Shown here in pieces: positions 18,785 to 28,328 of a stretch of 64,000 nucleotides of DNA. The notes under the pieces were generated by a model. The model was not told where the DNA came from and ran no database searches. It saw only the letters and a program-made list of their open reading frames with translations. Location: assembly GCA_000998275.1 (NCBI GenBank), contig LCDA01000001.1, positions 30,684 through 94,683 on the forward strand, in the 5' to 3' direction. Made by a program: the position numbers and the translations under genes. This DNA is from Candidatus Collierbacteria bacterium GW2011_GWA2_42_17. Lineage in GTDB: Bacteria; Patescibacteriota; Microgenomatia; UBA1400; MFAQ01. Each line of letters begins with the position of its first letter. Positions within the stretch are counted from its first letter, which is position 1.

Positions 18785-20146
18785 ATGAAAAAAATAGTGA
18801 TTTGGCTGTTCCTTGTTGTTTTTGGCCTCACCGGGTGCGGAGTGACTCAAGCTTTCATTGATTTACCGGCACCGAGCGGTGGTTTGTACCCGACGGTACA
18901 GATTGTACAAACGATTGGAGATACCCAAAACGTGTCTCTCCAATCACCCGTTTTGACTCTTAAATATGGCGAAACCGGTAGCGGCGCCGGGTCAATGGCC
19001 TATGAAGCCGTGACCTTGACGCAAACTAATATAAACGGCACAATGCTGGAGACTTCGTGGGGAGATTGGCTAGAGTCAAATATTAAAACGACCGAGTCGT
19101 ATGACCCCGACGGAAAACTGATTGAAGGTAGAGTATTAATGAATCTGCCTGACGCAAGTATTTTGCAGTGGTTTGGAGGATGCTTTTCCTGCACTATCGA
19201 CCGAAGTCGTTTGATTTTGCAGTATATTGCTCCAGAACCAGGAAGAGAACCGGTCCTAAGCACCGTCTACTACCTGGAAGAATGGGGTTTGTCGAGTAAA
19301 GATGTTCTAGCGCTTGGGCAATGGGCAGTATGGGAAAACCCATCTTCCTTGTTCCCCGGTTATACGGAATGGGGTTTTTGGGAAAATACCAGCTCACCGT
19401 TTACGCAAGTAACAAGTGCCTTGTCACTTGCCAAAACTAATCTAAAGTCAGTACCACCAACATTGGCTGTGCGAGATGAGGATAGTATTCGCGAGATCAT
19501 CGGACGACAAAGTGGCTTGCGAATTTACCAAAACGGCAACCTTGTTGGTCAGGTTTTGTTCACGTATAAAAATAACTGGGGCAGAATGCCAAACACCGAG
19601 TTTATTGGTAAGGGTGCTTTGTCTCGAGTAGAAATTACGATGAATGATTCCTGTTATGCCGTATCGGTCTTAAGCCCGGCTCTATCTCCAAGACCCACAA
19701 GCCTATTTGTTTTCGAGGACTGCGGCGTTGCCGAGGCGGTGGAAAATACATCTTCTTGGACTGTTCTCTATGATCAAATCAGAAACGAACAGATTCCGGG
19801 AGTATATTTCGCCATTTACGCCAATGGTTACATTGGGAAGATCACTTCTTCAACATCTGATGGCCCGGTGGATATTGGCGAAGGTGGCGGGGTGTTTTAC
19901 TCTGTAATTGGCCAACCAGTTAATGAAGATTTCATTGAAGCGAGGCAAAACCTTTCCTTTATGGGTCTGGGTGGCATTAAGGCTTCCGGTTTTTATTATG
20001 CTACGTCAAATGTGTCAGGAAACGGTATTGACTACTACCTGGCAACCTTGATACTGGCGACGGCACCTGAAGATCTGGCAATGCGGAGTTTTGGACATGA
20101 TATCGGTGTCCTTGATCGTGTAGGCATGCCGACGGTTGTCGAGTAA
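18785..20146 (+). CDS. Hypothetical lipoprotein
   Basis: AAAGGAG SD before ATG 18785; MKKIVIWLFLVVFGLTGC lipobox. Confidence 0.8.
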   Translation: MKKIVIWLFLVVFGLTGCGVTQAFIDLPAPSGGLYPTVQIVQTIGDTQNVSLQSPVLTLKYGETGSGAGSMAYEAVTLTQTNINGTMLETSWGDWLESNIKTTESYDPDGKLIEGRVLMNLPDASILQWFGGCFSCTIDRSRLILQYIAPEPGREPVLSTVYYLEEWGLSSKDVLALGQWAVWENPSSLFPGYTEWGFWENTSSPFTQVTSALSLAKTNLKSVPPTLAVRDEDSIREIIGRQSGLRIYQNGNLVGQVLFTYKNNWGRMPNTEFIGKGALSRVEITMNDSCYAVSVLSPALSPRPTSLFVFEDCGVAEAVENTSSWTVLYDQIRNEQIPGVYFAIYANGYIGKITSSTSDGPVDIGEGGGVFYSVIGQPVNEDFIEARQNLSFMGLGGIKASGFYYATSNVSGNGIDYYLATLILATAPEDLAMRSFGHDIGVLDRVGMPTVVE

Positions 20147-20162
20147 CTGAATTTGAATGACT

Positions 20163-20188
20163 GCCCTCCTTTACAGGAGGGCTTTTTT
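20163..20188 (+). terminator. Intrinsic terminator of the lipoprotein gene
   Basis: GCCCTCCT-TTAC-AGGAGGGC-TTTTTT. Confidence 0.85.
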
Positions 20189-20207
20189 ATGGGAAAAAAT
20201 TTCTCAT

Positions 20208-20238
20208 ACAAAAAACCCCGGAACACCAGGGTTTTTGT
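20208..20238 (-). terminator. Intrinsic terminator after rpsI
   Basis: ACAAAAAACCCC...GGGTTTTTGT inverted repeat. Confidence 0.65.
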
Positions 20239-20254
20239 AAATAGATAAAATGTT

Positions 20255-20734
20255 TTAACGTTTTGGAGACTGTTTCTTGGCACGTGCACGGCCACCCTGA
20301 CCAGACTTTCTGGTTTCTTTCATACGAGGATCTCTGGTAAGAAAACCGCCGTCGCGCATGAGCTTTTTGAATTTTTCGGGGTCGGCTTTCATGAGAGCGC
20401 GGCCAATGCCATGCATGATGGCTTCGGCTTGACCCATGATGCCGCTACCAGAAACTTTGATACTACCGGTATATTGACCTGAAACGTCGGCCACGACAAA
20501 GGGAGAGAAAATCATTTTCTTGATGGTTTCACCCTTGAAATATACAGATAAAGGCTTGCCGTTAATGACGAGCTCTTGTTTTCCCGGCCAGATGCGAACG
20601 CGAGCAATGGCGGTTTTACGGCGACCAACAGCTGAGAAGTACTCTTTAGGCATAACCAGAACGCCTTTTTTGACGGGAGTGGTTTTGACCGGTTTGACGG
20701 CGACTTTAGATTTTTTGGTTAGTTTTTGTGCCAT
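20255..20734 (-). CDS. rpsI: 30S ribosomal protein uS9
   Basis: GRRKTAIARV, LTRDPRMKE, QSPKR. Confidence 0.97.
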   Translation of the reverse strand: MAQKLTKKSKVAVKPVKTTPVKKGVLVMPKEYFSAVGRRKTAIARVRIWPGKQELVINGKPLSVYFKGETIKKMIFSPFVVADVSGQYTGSIKVSGSGIMGQAEAIMHGIGRALMKADPEKFKKLMRDGGFLTRDPRMKETRKSGQGGRARAKKQSPKR

Positions 20735-20736
20735 AT

Positions 20737-21171
20737 TTATTTTTCGGTTTTTTTGTTAAGACCCAACTCCTGAGAGTAAGGATGTTTATCACCAGCGAAG
20801 ATTTTGAGACGGCGTTGTCTGTCCTGTTGGTGTTTATTTTTGGGAAGCATACCTTTAACGGATTTTTCAATGACCTTACGTGAGTCTTTGGAGAGTAACT
20901 CTTGAAGAGTGATATCTTTTAAACCACCCGGGAAACCGGAGTGAGAGTAGTAGATTTTATCGGAGAGTTTTCTGCCGGTAACTTTAATTTTGTCGGAGTT
21001 TATGGCAACAACATAATCACCATTATCAAGATGTGCACCGGTAAGAGTTTTTCCCTTTCCCATGAGGAGTTTGGCAATTTCTGTGGATACACGACCAAGA
21101 ATCTGGCCATCAAGATCGATAAGATGCCATTTTCTATTGAGATCGGTTGGTTTTAAAGTAGTTGTTTTCAT
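20737..21171 (-). CDS. rplM: 50S ribosomal protein uL13
   Basis: WHLID, LGR, HSGFPGGLK, VKGMLPKN. Confidence 0.97.
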   Translation of the reverse strand: MKTTTLKPTDLNRKWHLIDLDGQILGRVSTEIAKLLMGKGKTLTGAHLDNGDYVVAINSDKIKVTGRKLSDKIYYSHSGFPGGLKDITLQELLSKDSRKVIEKSVKGMLPKNKHQQDRQRRLKIFAGDKHPYSQELGLNKKTEK

Positions 21172-21176
21172 AGGAT

Positions 21177-21614
21177 TTATTTGGCTTTTTTAGTCTTTTC
21201 AACAGGAGCGGCTTTGACTTTTTTCTCGACAACTTTTTTCTCGACTACAGGAGGCATGGCCATCAAAGAAAGGGTGGCAATAGAAGTAGCATCACCTTTT
21301 TGGACAGAGACTTTTTGAATGGTAGTAAAACCACTTTTGCGTCCTCCCATGACCGGGATGATGGAGTCAACCAGTCTATTGGCCAACTTCGGTGAACCGA
21401 GAGTGGCAGCAACATTGCGACGAGAAGCCAGGGTGCCTTCGGTGGCCTTAGCAGCAAGTTTATCAAACAAGCGTTTGATTATTTTTGCTTTTGTTACTGT
21501 GGTTGTCAACTTGCCATACTCAATAAGTGACTTTAACTGAACCCTAAAGAGGGATTTACGCGAGTTTGAGTCACGGTTGAGCTTTGGAAGTTTTGATTGA
21601 TGACGTCGTCCCAT
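21177..21614 (-). CDS. rplQ: 50S ribosomal protein bL17
   Basis: KLNR, TTTVTKAK, RKSGFT, GD; follows rpoA. Confidence 0.93.
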   Translation of the reverse strand: MGRRHQSKLPKLNRDSNSRKSLFRVQLKSLIEYGKLTTTVTKAKIIKRLFDKLAAKATEGTLASRRNVAATLGSPKLANRLVDSIIPVMGGRKSGFTTIQKVSVQKGDATSIATLSLMAMPPVVEKKVVEKKVKAAPVEKTKKAK

Positions 21615-21616
21615 AT

Positions 21617-22519
21617 TTATTCAATAGTAATGCCCTTCTCGCCTGCTTTTTCGATAACCTGCATGGCAGATTTTTCGCCAAGGTTTTTGACTTTTTTAAG
21701 GTCAGCGAGAGTGAGAGCTTTAAGGTCTGATAACTTGTTGATGTCGGCTTTTTTCAGGGCGTTGAGAACACGAGTAGGAAGGTCAAGATCGTCGACGAAA
21801 CCGGCGGTTTCGATGACGGATCTGGATTTCACTTCCTGAATGTAGGCTTCGGCGGAGTTAACGTAGTCAAAAAATCCGGTAGTGATACGAGCAGCGCTCT
21901 TGACTGCCTCTTCAGGGGAGATGGTTCCGTTGGTGGTAACAACTAGACGAACTTTGTCATAGTTACTGGATCGTCCGACACGAGCGGCTTCGATAGTGTA
22001 GTTGGCTTTGATGACAGGTGAGAAAGAAGAGTCTAGAGGAATGACACCTATTTCATCGGTAGCGTTTTCCTCGGCGGAGATATAGCCCATGCCTTTGGAG
22101 ACGGTAACGGTAGCCGAAAGCTTAGCTTTGGCGGAGGTTAAATGACAAAGAATGACGTCTGGGTTAGCCAGGGTAACATTGGCGGGAAGATCAAGGTCAG
22201 AAGCTTTGACAATAGAGGATCCTGAAGCTTTGAGTTTGATTTCAACAGGTTCATCGGAGTCGACGGCAAAGTTTAGAGTCTTAAGGTTTAGAATCAGCTC
22301 AAGAACATCTTCTTTCATACCGGCTAGAGTGGAGAACTGGTGGGTAACACCGTCAATCTTGACACGGGTAGCGGCGCCACCTTCGAGAGAGGTTAATAAA
22401 ACACGACGAAGCGCATTGCCAAGAGTGTGACCAAAATTCTGAGGAAGTGGCTCGATAATTACTTCGGCGGAGTTAACAGCGATATTCTTGACGGAAACTT
22501 TGAAATTTGGTTCTAACAT
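21617..22519 (-). CDS. rpoA: RNA polymerase alpha subunit
   Basis: EPLPQNFGHTLGNALRRVLL, FSPV, KNLGEKS. Confidence 0.98.
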   Translation of the reverse strand: MLEPNFKVSVKNIAVNSAEVIIEPLPQNFGHTLGNALRRVLLTSLEGGAATRVKIDGVTHQFSTLAGMKEDVLELILNLKTLNFAVDSDEPVEIKLKASGSSIVKASDLDLPANVTLANPDVILCHLTSAKAKLSATVTVSKGMGYISAEENATDEIGVIPLDSSFSPVIKANYTIEAARVGRSSNYDKVRLVVTTNGTISPEEAVKSAARITTGFFDYVNSAEAYIQEVKSRSVIETAGFVDDLDLPTRVLNALKKADINKLSDLKALTLADLKKVKNLGEKSAMQVIEKAGEKGITIE

Positions 22520-22547
22520 TTTCTTTTGTTTTTAATTACTAAATTAA

Positions 22548-23171
22548 TTACCTTGAGTAGTACTCGATAATAAGATTCTCTTTGATGTCGCTACCGATTT
22601 CTTCACGAGTAGGAAGACGATCGATTTTTCCTTCGGCACCTTTTTTAGATAACCATTTGGCGGGGACATTCTTTTCGGTCAAGTTAGGAGAGACAAAAAC
22701 AAACTTGGTAGCTTTTTCGGTAAGAGAAACTGTTTGACCAGGTTTGGTGATGTAGGAGGCAATGTCAACTTTCTTGCCATCAATTTTGACGTTACCGTGA
22801 GTAACGAGCTGACGTGCCAAAGATCTGGACGTAACGAATCCAAAACGGAAAACGATGTTGTCCAGGCGAGATTCGAGAAGCTGCATGAGAACTTCACCGG
22901 TATTTTCGGTAGATTTGATAGCGATGTCATAGTAGTTGTGGAACTGACCCTCAAGAACGCCATATGAACGTTTGGCTTTTTGCTTCTCGCGAAGCTGGAT
23001 GCCATAACCGGAGATACGACCATGGGATCTCTTTTTTCCGTGCTGACCAGGAATTTGGGCGCCTGTCTTTTCGATAGGACATTTAGGGGAGAAACAACGT
23101 TCTCCTTTAAGATAGAGCTTGACGCCTTCGCGGCGACAGAGTCTGCATTTGGGGTCGATGTATTTAGCCAT
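22548..23171 (-). CDS. rpsD: 30S ribosomal protein uS4
   Basis: CRLCRREG, QLREKQK, LESRLDN, IEYYSR. Confidence 0.98.
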   Translation of the reverse strand: MAKYIDPKCRLCRREGVKLYLKGERCFSPKCPIEKTGAQIPGQHGKKRSHGRISGYGIQLREKQKAKRSYGVLEGQFHNYYDIAIKSTENTGEVLMQLLESRLDNIVFRFGFVTSRSLARQLVTHGNVKIDGKKVDIASYITKPGQTVSLTEKATKFVFVSPNLTEKNVPAKWLSKKGAEGKIDRLPTREEIGSDIKENLIIEYYSR

Positions 23172-23194
23172 GTTTTGTTTTCTTGATTTTTTTA

Positions 23195-23644
23195 TTAGAC
23201 TCTTCTGGTTTTCTTAGGACGGCAACCATTGTGAGGAATAGGAGTGGTGTCAGCCAGTAAGTTGATTTCAACTCCGGATGTTTTTAACACACGAAGTGCG
23301 GCGTCTTTCCCAGGACCAGGTCCTTTGAGAAAAACTTCAACGGCGGTAAGTCCTAGGGATTTAGCTTTTCTGGTGCCTTCTTCAATAATAGTGGTCGCGG
23401 CGAAAGGGGTAGAACGCTTGGCACCTTTAAATCCGCAGGTGCCGGCAGCACTCCAACAAACAACATCACCATTCATGTTGGTGAAGGAAACGTAGGTAGT
23501 GTTGAAAGTAGACTTGACGTACATCTTTCCCTGACCGCCCTTGAAGTGAACGGCTGATGCTTTTTTCCCTTTGGTAGCCACTTTAGGTGAGGTTACGGGG
23601 GCGACTATTTCGGGAGTAGTGATTTCTGGTTTTGTTTCTGGCAT
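23195..23644 (-). CDS. rpsK: 30S ribosomal protein uS11
   Basis: STPFAA, KGPGPG, TPIPHNGCRP. Confidence 0.97.
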   Translation of the reverse strand: MPETKPEITTPEIVAPVTSPKVATKGKKASAVHFKGGQGKMYVKSTFNTTYVSFTNMNGDVVCWSAAGTCGFKGAKRSTPFAATTIIEEGTRKAKSLGLTAVEVFLKGPGPGKDAALRVLKTSGVEINLLADTTPIPHNGCRPKKTRRV

Positions 23645-23653
23645 TTTGTTAGA

Positions 23654-24058
23654 TTATTTTTTTACGGCTGAGGTTTCTGTTTGGGTGGCGGCTTCTTTGG
23701 AGATGGCGCCGATGGTCTTTCTCTTTCCCTTACGGGTACGAGCGTTGGTGCGGGTTCTTTGACCGCGAACGGGAAGGCCCATGGAGTGACGGGATCCGCG
23801 ATAGGTTTGAATTCTTTTTAGGGTTTCAATGTTGTCGCGATTGATCTTTCGGAGTTCACCTTCTGTTGGAAGAGTTTCAACTGCGGCTTGGATGGCCTTG
23901 AACTCATCTGAAGTTAGGTTTTTAGTACGAATATTTGGTTCAACCTTGGCTATTTTGAGAATATCTTTGGCGACTTTATCACCAATTCCAAAGATATATG
24001 TTAGAGCAATGTCAATTCTTTTTTCGTTTGGGATGTCGATACCGGCTATTCTAGGCAT
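23654..24058 (-). CDS. rpsM: 30S ribosomal protein uS13
   Basis: RIAGIDIP, LPVRGQRTRTNARTRKG. Confidence 0.98.
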   Translation of the reverse strand: MPRIAGIDIPNEKRIDIALTYIFGIGDKVAKDILKIAKVEPNIRTKNLTSDEFKAIQAAVETLPTEGELRKINRDNIETLKRIQTYRGSRHSMGLPVRGQRTRTNARTRKGKRKTIGAISKEAATQTETSAVKK

Positions 24059-24073
24059 GTTTTTATATATTAA

Positions 24074-24187
24074 TTATCCCTGACGCTGTTTATGGCGTGG
24101 GGTGGTGCAAATAATGAACACCTTACCGTGGCGTTTAATAATTTTGCAGTTTTTGCATCTGGGTCTGACTGACGATTGAACGCGCAT
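24074..24187 (-). CDS. rpmJ: 50S ribosomal protein bL36 (absent from ORF track)
   Basis: Manual translation [37 protein letters not shown]. Confidence 0.97.
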   Translation of the reverse strand: MRVQSSVRPRCKNCKIIKRHGKVFIICTTPRHKQRQG

Positions 24188-24251
24188 GCGTGTTTAGTTT
24201 TTAGTTAATAAATATTTTTGTATTATAAAGCAAACGGGGAGTCGAAAAGGA

Positions 24252-24470
24252 TCAACCTTGCCTGTAAGTGATTCTGCCTTTGTCGGTGTCGTAGGGGCTC
24301 ATTTCGAGCTTGACCTTGTCACCGGGCATCACGCGAATGCGATATAGTCGCATTTTACCTGCAAGATGAGCCAAGATTTCTCTGCCGTCTTCGAGAGTTA
24401 CCCGAAATTGTGTATTGGGTAAAGCCTCGGAAACGACTCCGTTTACCTCAGTCATCTGGTTTTTAGCCAT
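24252..24470 (-). CDS. infA: Translation initiation factor IF-1
   Basis: [24 protein letters not shown]. Confidence 0.98.
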   Translation of the reverse strand: MAKNQMTEVNGVVSEALPNTQFRVTLEDGREILAHLAGKMRLYRIRVMPGDKVKLEMSPYDTDKGRITYRQG

Positions 24471-24516
24471 ATTTAAGTTGTACGAGCGTTATTTTAACAG
24501 ATAATAATAAAAAGCG

Positions 24517-25263
24517 CTAGTCAAGCGTGTCTTTTAGTTTTGTAAGCACGATAGGGCCGTCTGAGGTAAGGTAGACAGTCTCTTCAAAATAGCCTGTAGT
24601 CGAATGGTCTTGGGTGGATAGTGTCCAGCCATCGGGATCTTCTACCAGGTGCCAGTCGCCCAGGGTGTACATAGCTTCGATGGCGATGGTCTGATCTTGC
24701 TGGAGAATGTCTTTTTTATTGTGGCTGTCGGCAAAGCAAGGAATATAGGGGTCCATGTGCAGTTTACGACCAATTCCATGGCCTGTAAGGTCTCTAACTA
24801 CGTTAAATCCGGCTCCTTCGATGATTTGCTGCATAGTCTGCCCAATATCAAAAACCGAGTTTCCAGGAAGGGCAATGTCGATAGAAGCCTGGAGAGCTTT
24901 TTGACCTGTCTCCAAAAATCGGGATATTTTTTCGTCATAGGGAGGAACTTGCACAGTAACGGCAGTGTCGAGATGGTAACCGTGGTGAAAAAGACCCATG
25001 TCGATTTTGACGACGTCTCCCGGTTTGAAAGGGATGGAGTTTGGGATACCGTGAACCATACCTTCGTTGATGTTGATACAGGTGGCGTGACGATAGCCAG
25101 GCTCCATCTTGAATGAAGCTTTATCTCCACCTTCTTTAATTAGTTTGTCGGCTAAGGCCTCGATTTCGAGAGGGGTAACGCCGGCTTTGATGGATTTCAT
25201 TAACTGACCCTTGATCCAGCCTAAACGGGCACCTCCTTCAGTCATGATTTCGAGTTTGGTCAT
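24517..25263 (-). CDS. map: Methionine aminopeptidase type I
   Basis: CININEGMVHGIP, GDVVKID, LTGHGIG, IAIE, DGWT. Confidence 0.93.
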   Translation of the reverse strand: MTKLEIMTEGGARLGWIKGQLMKSIKAGVTPLEIEALADKLIKEGGDKASFKMEPGYRHATCININEGMVHGIPNSIPFKPGDVVKIDMGLFHHGYHLDTAVTVQVPPYDEKISRFLETGQKALQASIDIALPGNSVFDIGQTMQQIIEGAGFNVVRDLTGHGIGRKLHMDPYIPCFADSHNKKDILQQDQTIAIEAMYTLGDWHLVEDPDGWTLSTQDHSTTGYFEETVYLTSDGPIVLTKLKDTLD

Positions 25264-25826
25264 TTGACGAGTGGTTCCAGCTTAGTAACTAAGTCCTTGA
25301 AGATAGTCTCGATATCCGGAGTACCGTCGATGACGAGGAGTTTTCCTCGCTCGCGATAAGTTTCGACTACAGGAAGGGTATTTTTTTCGTAAATATCAAG
25401 CCTGGCGCCGATAACTTCGGGGGTATCGTCGGAACGATGTTCGATTTCGGCTCTCTTGGATAATCGAAAAAGACTTACTTCGCGGGGAATGTCCAGTAAG
25501 ATTATTTTGTCGAGGTTGATGTCTTTTTCCTTTAACAACCAGTCGAGATACTCAAGCTGTTTGATGTCCCGAGGAGTGCCGTCTAGAATGAAGCCGGATT
25601 TGCTGGAAAGGAGTGCTGGTTCGAGGACTTGAATGACGGTTTCAAAGGGGATGAGTTCTCCGCTTTCGAGGATTTTACCGATGATTTTGCCCTTTTCCGT
25701 GCCACTTTCGGCTTCGGCACGAAGAAGTTCACCGGTAGAGATATGTTTGAGACCAAATTTTTCCGCCAGGAGTTTTGCTTGAGTGCCTTTTCCCGACCCT
25801 TGGGGACCTAAGATAATTAAATTCAT
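25260..25826 (-). CDS. adk: Adenylate kinase (short LID)
   Basis: GPQGSGKGTQA, HISTGELLR, LDGTPR, RSDD. Confidence 0.95.
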   Translation of the reverse strand: MNLIILGPQGSGKGTQAKLLAEKFGLKHISTGELLRAEAESGTEKGKIIGKILESGELIPFETVIQVLEPALLSSKSGFILDGTPRDIKQLEYLDWLLKEKDINLDKIILLDIPREVSLFRLSKRAEIEHRSDDTPEVIGARLDIYEKNTLPVVETYRERGKLLVIDGTPDIETIFKDLVTKLEPLVK

Positions 25827-25827
25827 A

Positions 25828-27114
25828 CTAATCCAAGAATTTGTCGTAACTGTGCATATAGAGCTGGGAGTTGATGGTCTTTAAGATCTCGAGAACAACC
25901 GAGACGACGATGAGGACACTGGTACCGCCAATAGCTAGTGAGGAAATACCAGTAAACCCGGACATAATTGAGGGGAGAACGGCTACAAGACCCAGGAAAC
26001 TGGCTCCGACCAGAGTGATACGACCGAGGATAAAATTTAGATAATCAACAGTGTCAGGACCGGGTCTTATACCGGGAATGAATGATCCAGAGGAACGAAG
26101 ATCTTTGGCAATTTTTTCCGGATTGAAAACAACGGCGGTATAAAAGTAGGTAAAAGCGACCACCAGAACAAAGTAGAGAACGTTGTAAAGAACGGAGTTC
26201 GGAGACAACAAAATACTTAAGGTGGTAGCAAAACTAGCTAGCGCTGGCTGATTGACGCGACCCAAGACCTGACTGAGCATTCCGGGAATGAGCATAAAGG
26301 AAACAGCGAAGATAATTGGGATGACACCGGCCTGATTCAAACGGAGAGGGAGATGGCTACTGGCGACTGCGCCGTAAGAGGCTCCCCCGCCACGACGGGC
26401 GGACTGAATGGGAATTTCACGAACGGCTTCACCTGTTCGCACAATGGCATAGATAGCGGCGACAATAAAGATAAGAAAGATAAGGTAGGTGAAGATTCTT
26501 GTTTGATCAATGGTAGAAATGGTCTGCATAATGCTTATAGGAATACGAGTAACGATGCCAACAAAGATAATGAGACTGATACCATTTCCTAGACCGTAGT
26601 CATTTAACTGTTCTCCAAGCCAGATGAGAAAGGAAGTACCGGCGGCAAGAGTAAAGACAATGGAGGCGAGCTGAAGAGGATCATTGGTAGTGGTGAGACC
26701 TTGTTTTTGGAGAAGAAAAATAAGAGCAATACCTTGAAGGAAACAAAGAGGAATGGTGAGGAGACGAGTGTACTGGTTAATTTTTTGACGGCCGTAGTCC
26801 CCTTCTTTTTGAAGTGCTTCAAGCTTGGGAATGACCATACCGAGCATCTGAAAGATAATAGAGGCGTTGATGTAGGGGTTAAGACCAAGAGCCATGATGG
26901 AGAAGTTTCCAAGAGTACCGCCGGAAAAGACGTCGAGAAGAGACAAAAAAGCAGACGAGTTGAACATCTCCTTAAGGGCGGCAAGATTTATTCCCGGAGC
27001 GGGAACGTGAGCAACGAGACGAAAGATGGCGATAACAATGGCAGTAAAGACCAAGCGACGACGAAGTTCGGGAATCTTGAGCAGAGCACGTAAGGGAGCT
27101 AATAAATTATTCAT
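25828..27114 (-). CDS. secY: Preprotein translocase subunit SecY
   Basis: SIMALGLNPYINASII, GLGNGISL, AGVIPIIFA, FIPGIRPG, GGTS. Confidence 0.98.
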   Translation of the reverse strand: MNNLLAPLRALLKIPELRRRLVFTAIVIAIFRLVAHVPAPGINLAALKEMFNSSAFLSLLDVFSGGTLGNFSIMALGLNPYINASIIFQMLGMVIPKLEALQKEGDYGRQKINQYTRLLTIPLCFLQGIALIFLLQKQGLTTTNDPLQLASIVFTLAAGTSFLIWLGEQLNDYGLGNGISLIIFVGIVTRIPISIMQTISTIDQTRIFTYLIFLIFIVAAIYAIVRTGEAVREIPIQSARRGGGASYGAVASSHLPLRLNQAGVIPIIFAVSFMLIPGMLSQVLGRVNQPALASFATTLSILLSPNSVLYNVLYFVLVVAFTYFYTAVVFNPEKIAKDLRSSGSFIPGIRPGPDTVDYLNFILGRITLVGASFLGLVAVLPSIMSGFTGISSLAIGGTSVLIVVSVVLEILKTINSQLYMHSYDKFLD

Positions 27115-27174
27115 TGGTTTTATTTTAGCAGTTGGCTTGAAACTTAGTTAGACAAAAGGTATTTTAACACCAAG

Positions 27175-27204
27175 AAAAACCCACCTGATGAGGGGTGGGT
27201 AAAA
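27175..27204 (-). terminator. Terminator of the orphan gene upstream of secY
   Basis: ACCCACC/GGTGGGT stem flanked by A/T runs. Confidence 0.7.
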
Positions 27205-27213
27205 CAGATTTTG

Positions 27214-27723
27214 TTATGACACTTCGAAAAGAGCTTTTGTCTTTTCGAACATGTCCTTGTCGACAAAAAAGAAGAAGCCGTTATCCAACTCCAACCAACC
27301 AACTTTGTCCTGATTATATTCATCAGGGTGATTGACTCTGTCGGATAACCCGCACCATCCTTTCAAATGGAGCGAGTGTTCGTCATCCAAGAGAGCTTTG
27401 ATGACGGCGATGACGCCTGTTTCGTAACTCTGGGGACAGATATAGAAAACCCCCTGCGTTTCACCAGAAACAATGGTCTTGAGACTTGACTGTTCGGCAA
27501 TGAAGTTCAAGGCCGCCGGCACAGCGCCCCATTCGAACTCGCTAGATCCCATGTAGTCAAAATTAAAGATATCCCCCAGAACATCCATGGCTTCTTTGGA
27601 GAGACCACCATTTTTAAGGCCTCCACCAAAAGAAAAGGGGCTAGCACGACCGATTGGTTTCTCGAGTCTTTGGATTAACCGTGTGCAACGCATGTGATCT
27701 CTCAACAGCAATTTTTCTTCCAT
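27214..27723 (-). CDS. Hypothetical protein inserted between rplO and secY
   Basis: 169-aa ORF with AAGGAG SD, TGATATAAT promoter (27773-27781) and own terminator. Confidence 0.85.
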   Translation of the reverse strand: MEEKLLLRDHMRCTRLIQRLEKPIGRASPFSFGGGLKNGGLSKEAMDVLGDIFNFDYMGSSEFEWGAVPAALNFIAEQSSLKTIVSGETQGVFYICPQSYETGVIAVIKALLDDEHSLHLKGWCGLSDRVNHPDEYNQDKVGWLELDNGFFFFVDKDMFEKTKALFEVS

Positions 27724-27823
27724 CGTTTTTCTCCTTTTACGATATTGAATATGAATTTAAAGTTGCCCGGGTATTATATCAAAATATATCATTTTTTTGT
27801 ATTATGGGAGTTTACCTGAGCAC

Positions 27824-27853
27824 AAAAAGGCCCCATCGGGGGCCCTTTTTTTT
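27824..27853 (-). terminator. Intrinsic terminator after rplO
   Basis: GGCCCC/GGGGCC stem flanked by A5 and T8. Confidence 0.8.
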
Positions 27854-27870
27854 GAAATACTTCTAATTAT

Positions 27871-28323
27871 TTATTTATTGACAAAAACGTATTTACCTCC
27901 AGCCTTTTCGATGGCTTTAATGGCTCCAGCAGAGGCAGGAACGTTGACCTCAAGAGCCTTCTCAAGTTTACCTGTGCTGATTATCTTAAAACCACGTTTA
28001 GCTTCTTTGTCACTAACCTTGAGTGTCTTGACCAAAGAGGCAGTATCGACTACAGCTTTATCTTCGAAGTAGCTAGTAAGAATATCAAAGTTGACGGTGA
28101 TTGGTTGAAGTTTGATTACCTGGAAACGGTGCTTGCCTTTGATGAAAGGGGTACGTCTGACAATTGGAAGTTGACCACCTTCAAACCACAAAGGGATAAC
28201 TCCACGAGTTTTTTGACCTTTTTGTCCATGACCAACGGTGTGACCACCAACTCCGGAACCAAATCCGCGACCAAGGCGTTTCTTTCCTGTTTTGACTGAT
28301 TGAGGGAGGTTAGATAAGTTCAT
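27871..28323 (-). CDS. rplO: 50S ribosomal protein uL15
   Basis: RLGRGFGSG, GQKGQK, FEGGQLP. Confidence 0.97.
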   Translation of the reverse strand: MNLSNLPQSVKTGKKRLGRGFGSGVGGHTVGHGQKGQKTRGVIPLWFEGGQLPIVRRTPFIKGKHRFQVIKLQPITVNFDILTSYFEDKAVVDTASLVKTLKVSDKEAKRGFKIISTGKLEKALEVNVPASAGAIKAIEKAGGKYVFVNK

Positions 28324-28328
28324 AGGAT

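Noticed and set aside
27654-28072. Two + strand ORFs in the rplO-orphan gap
   Set aside because: They overlap promoter, terminator and antisense coding sequence
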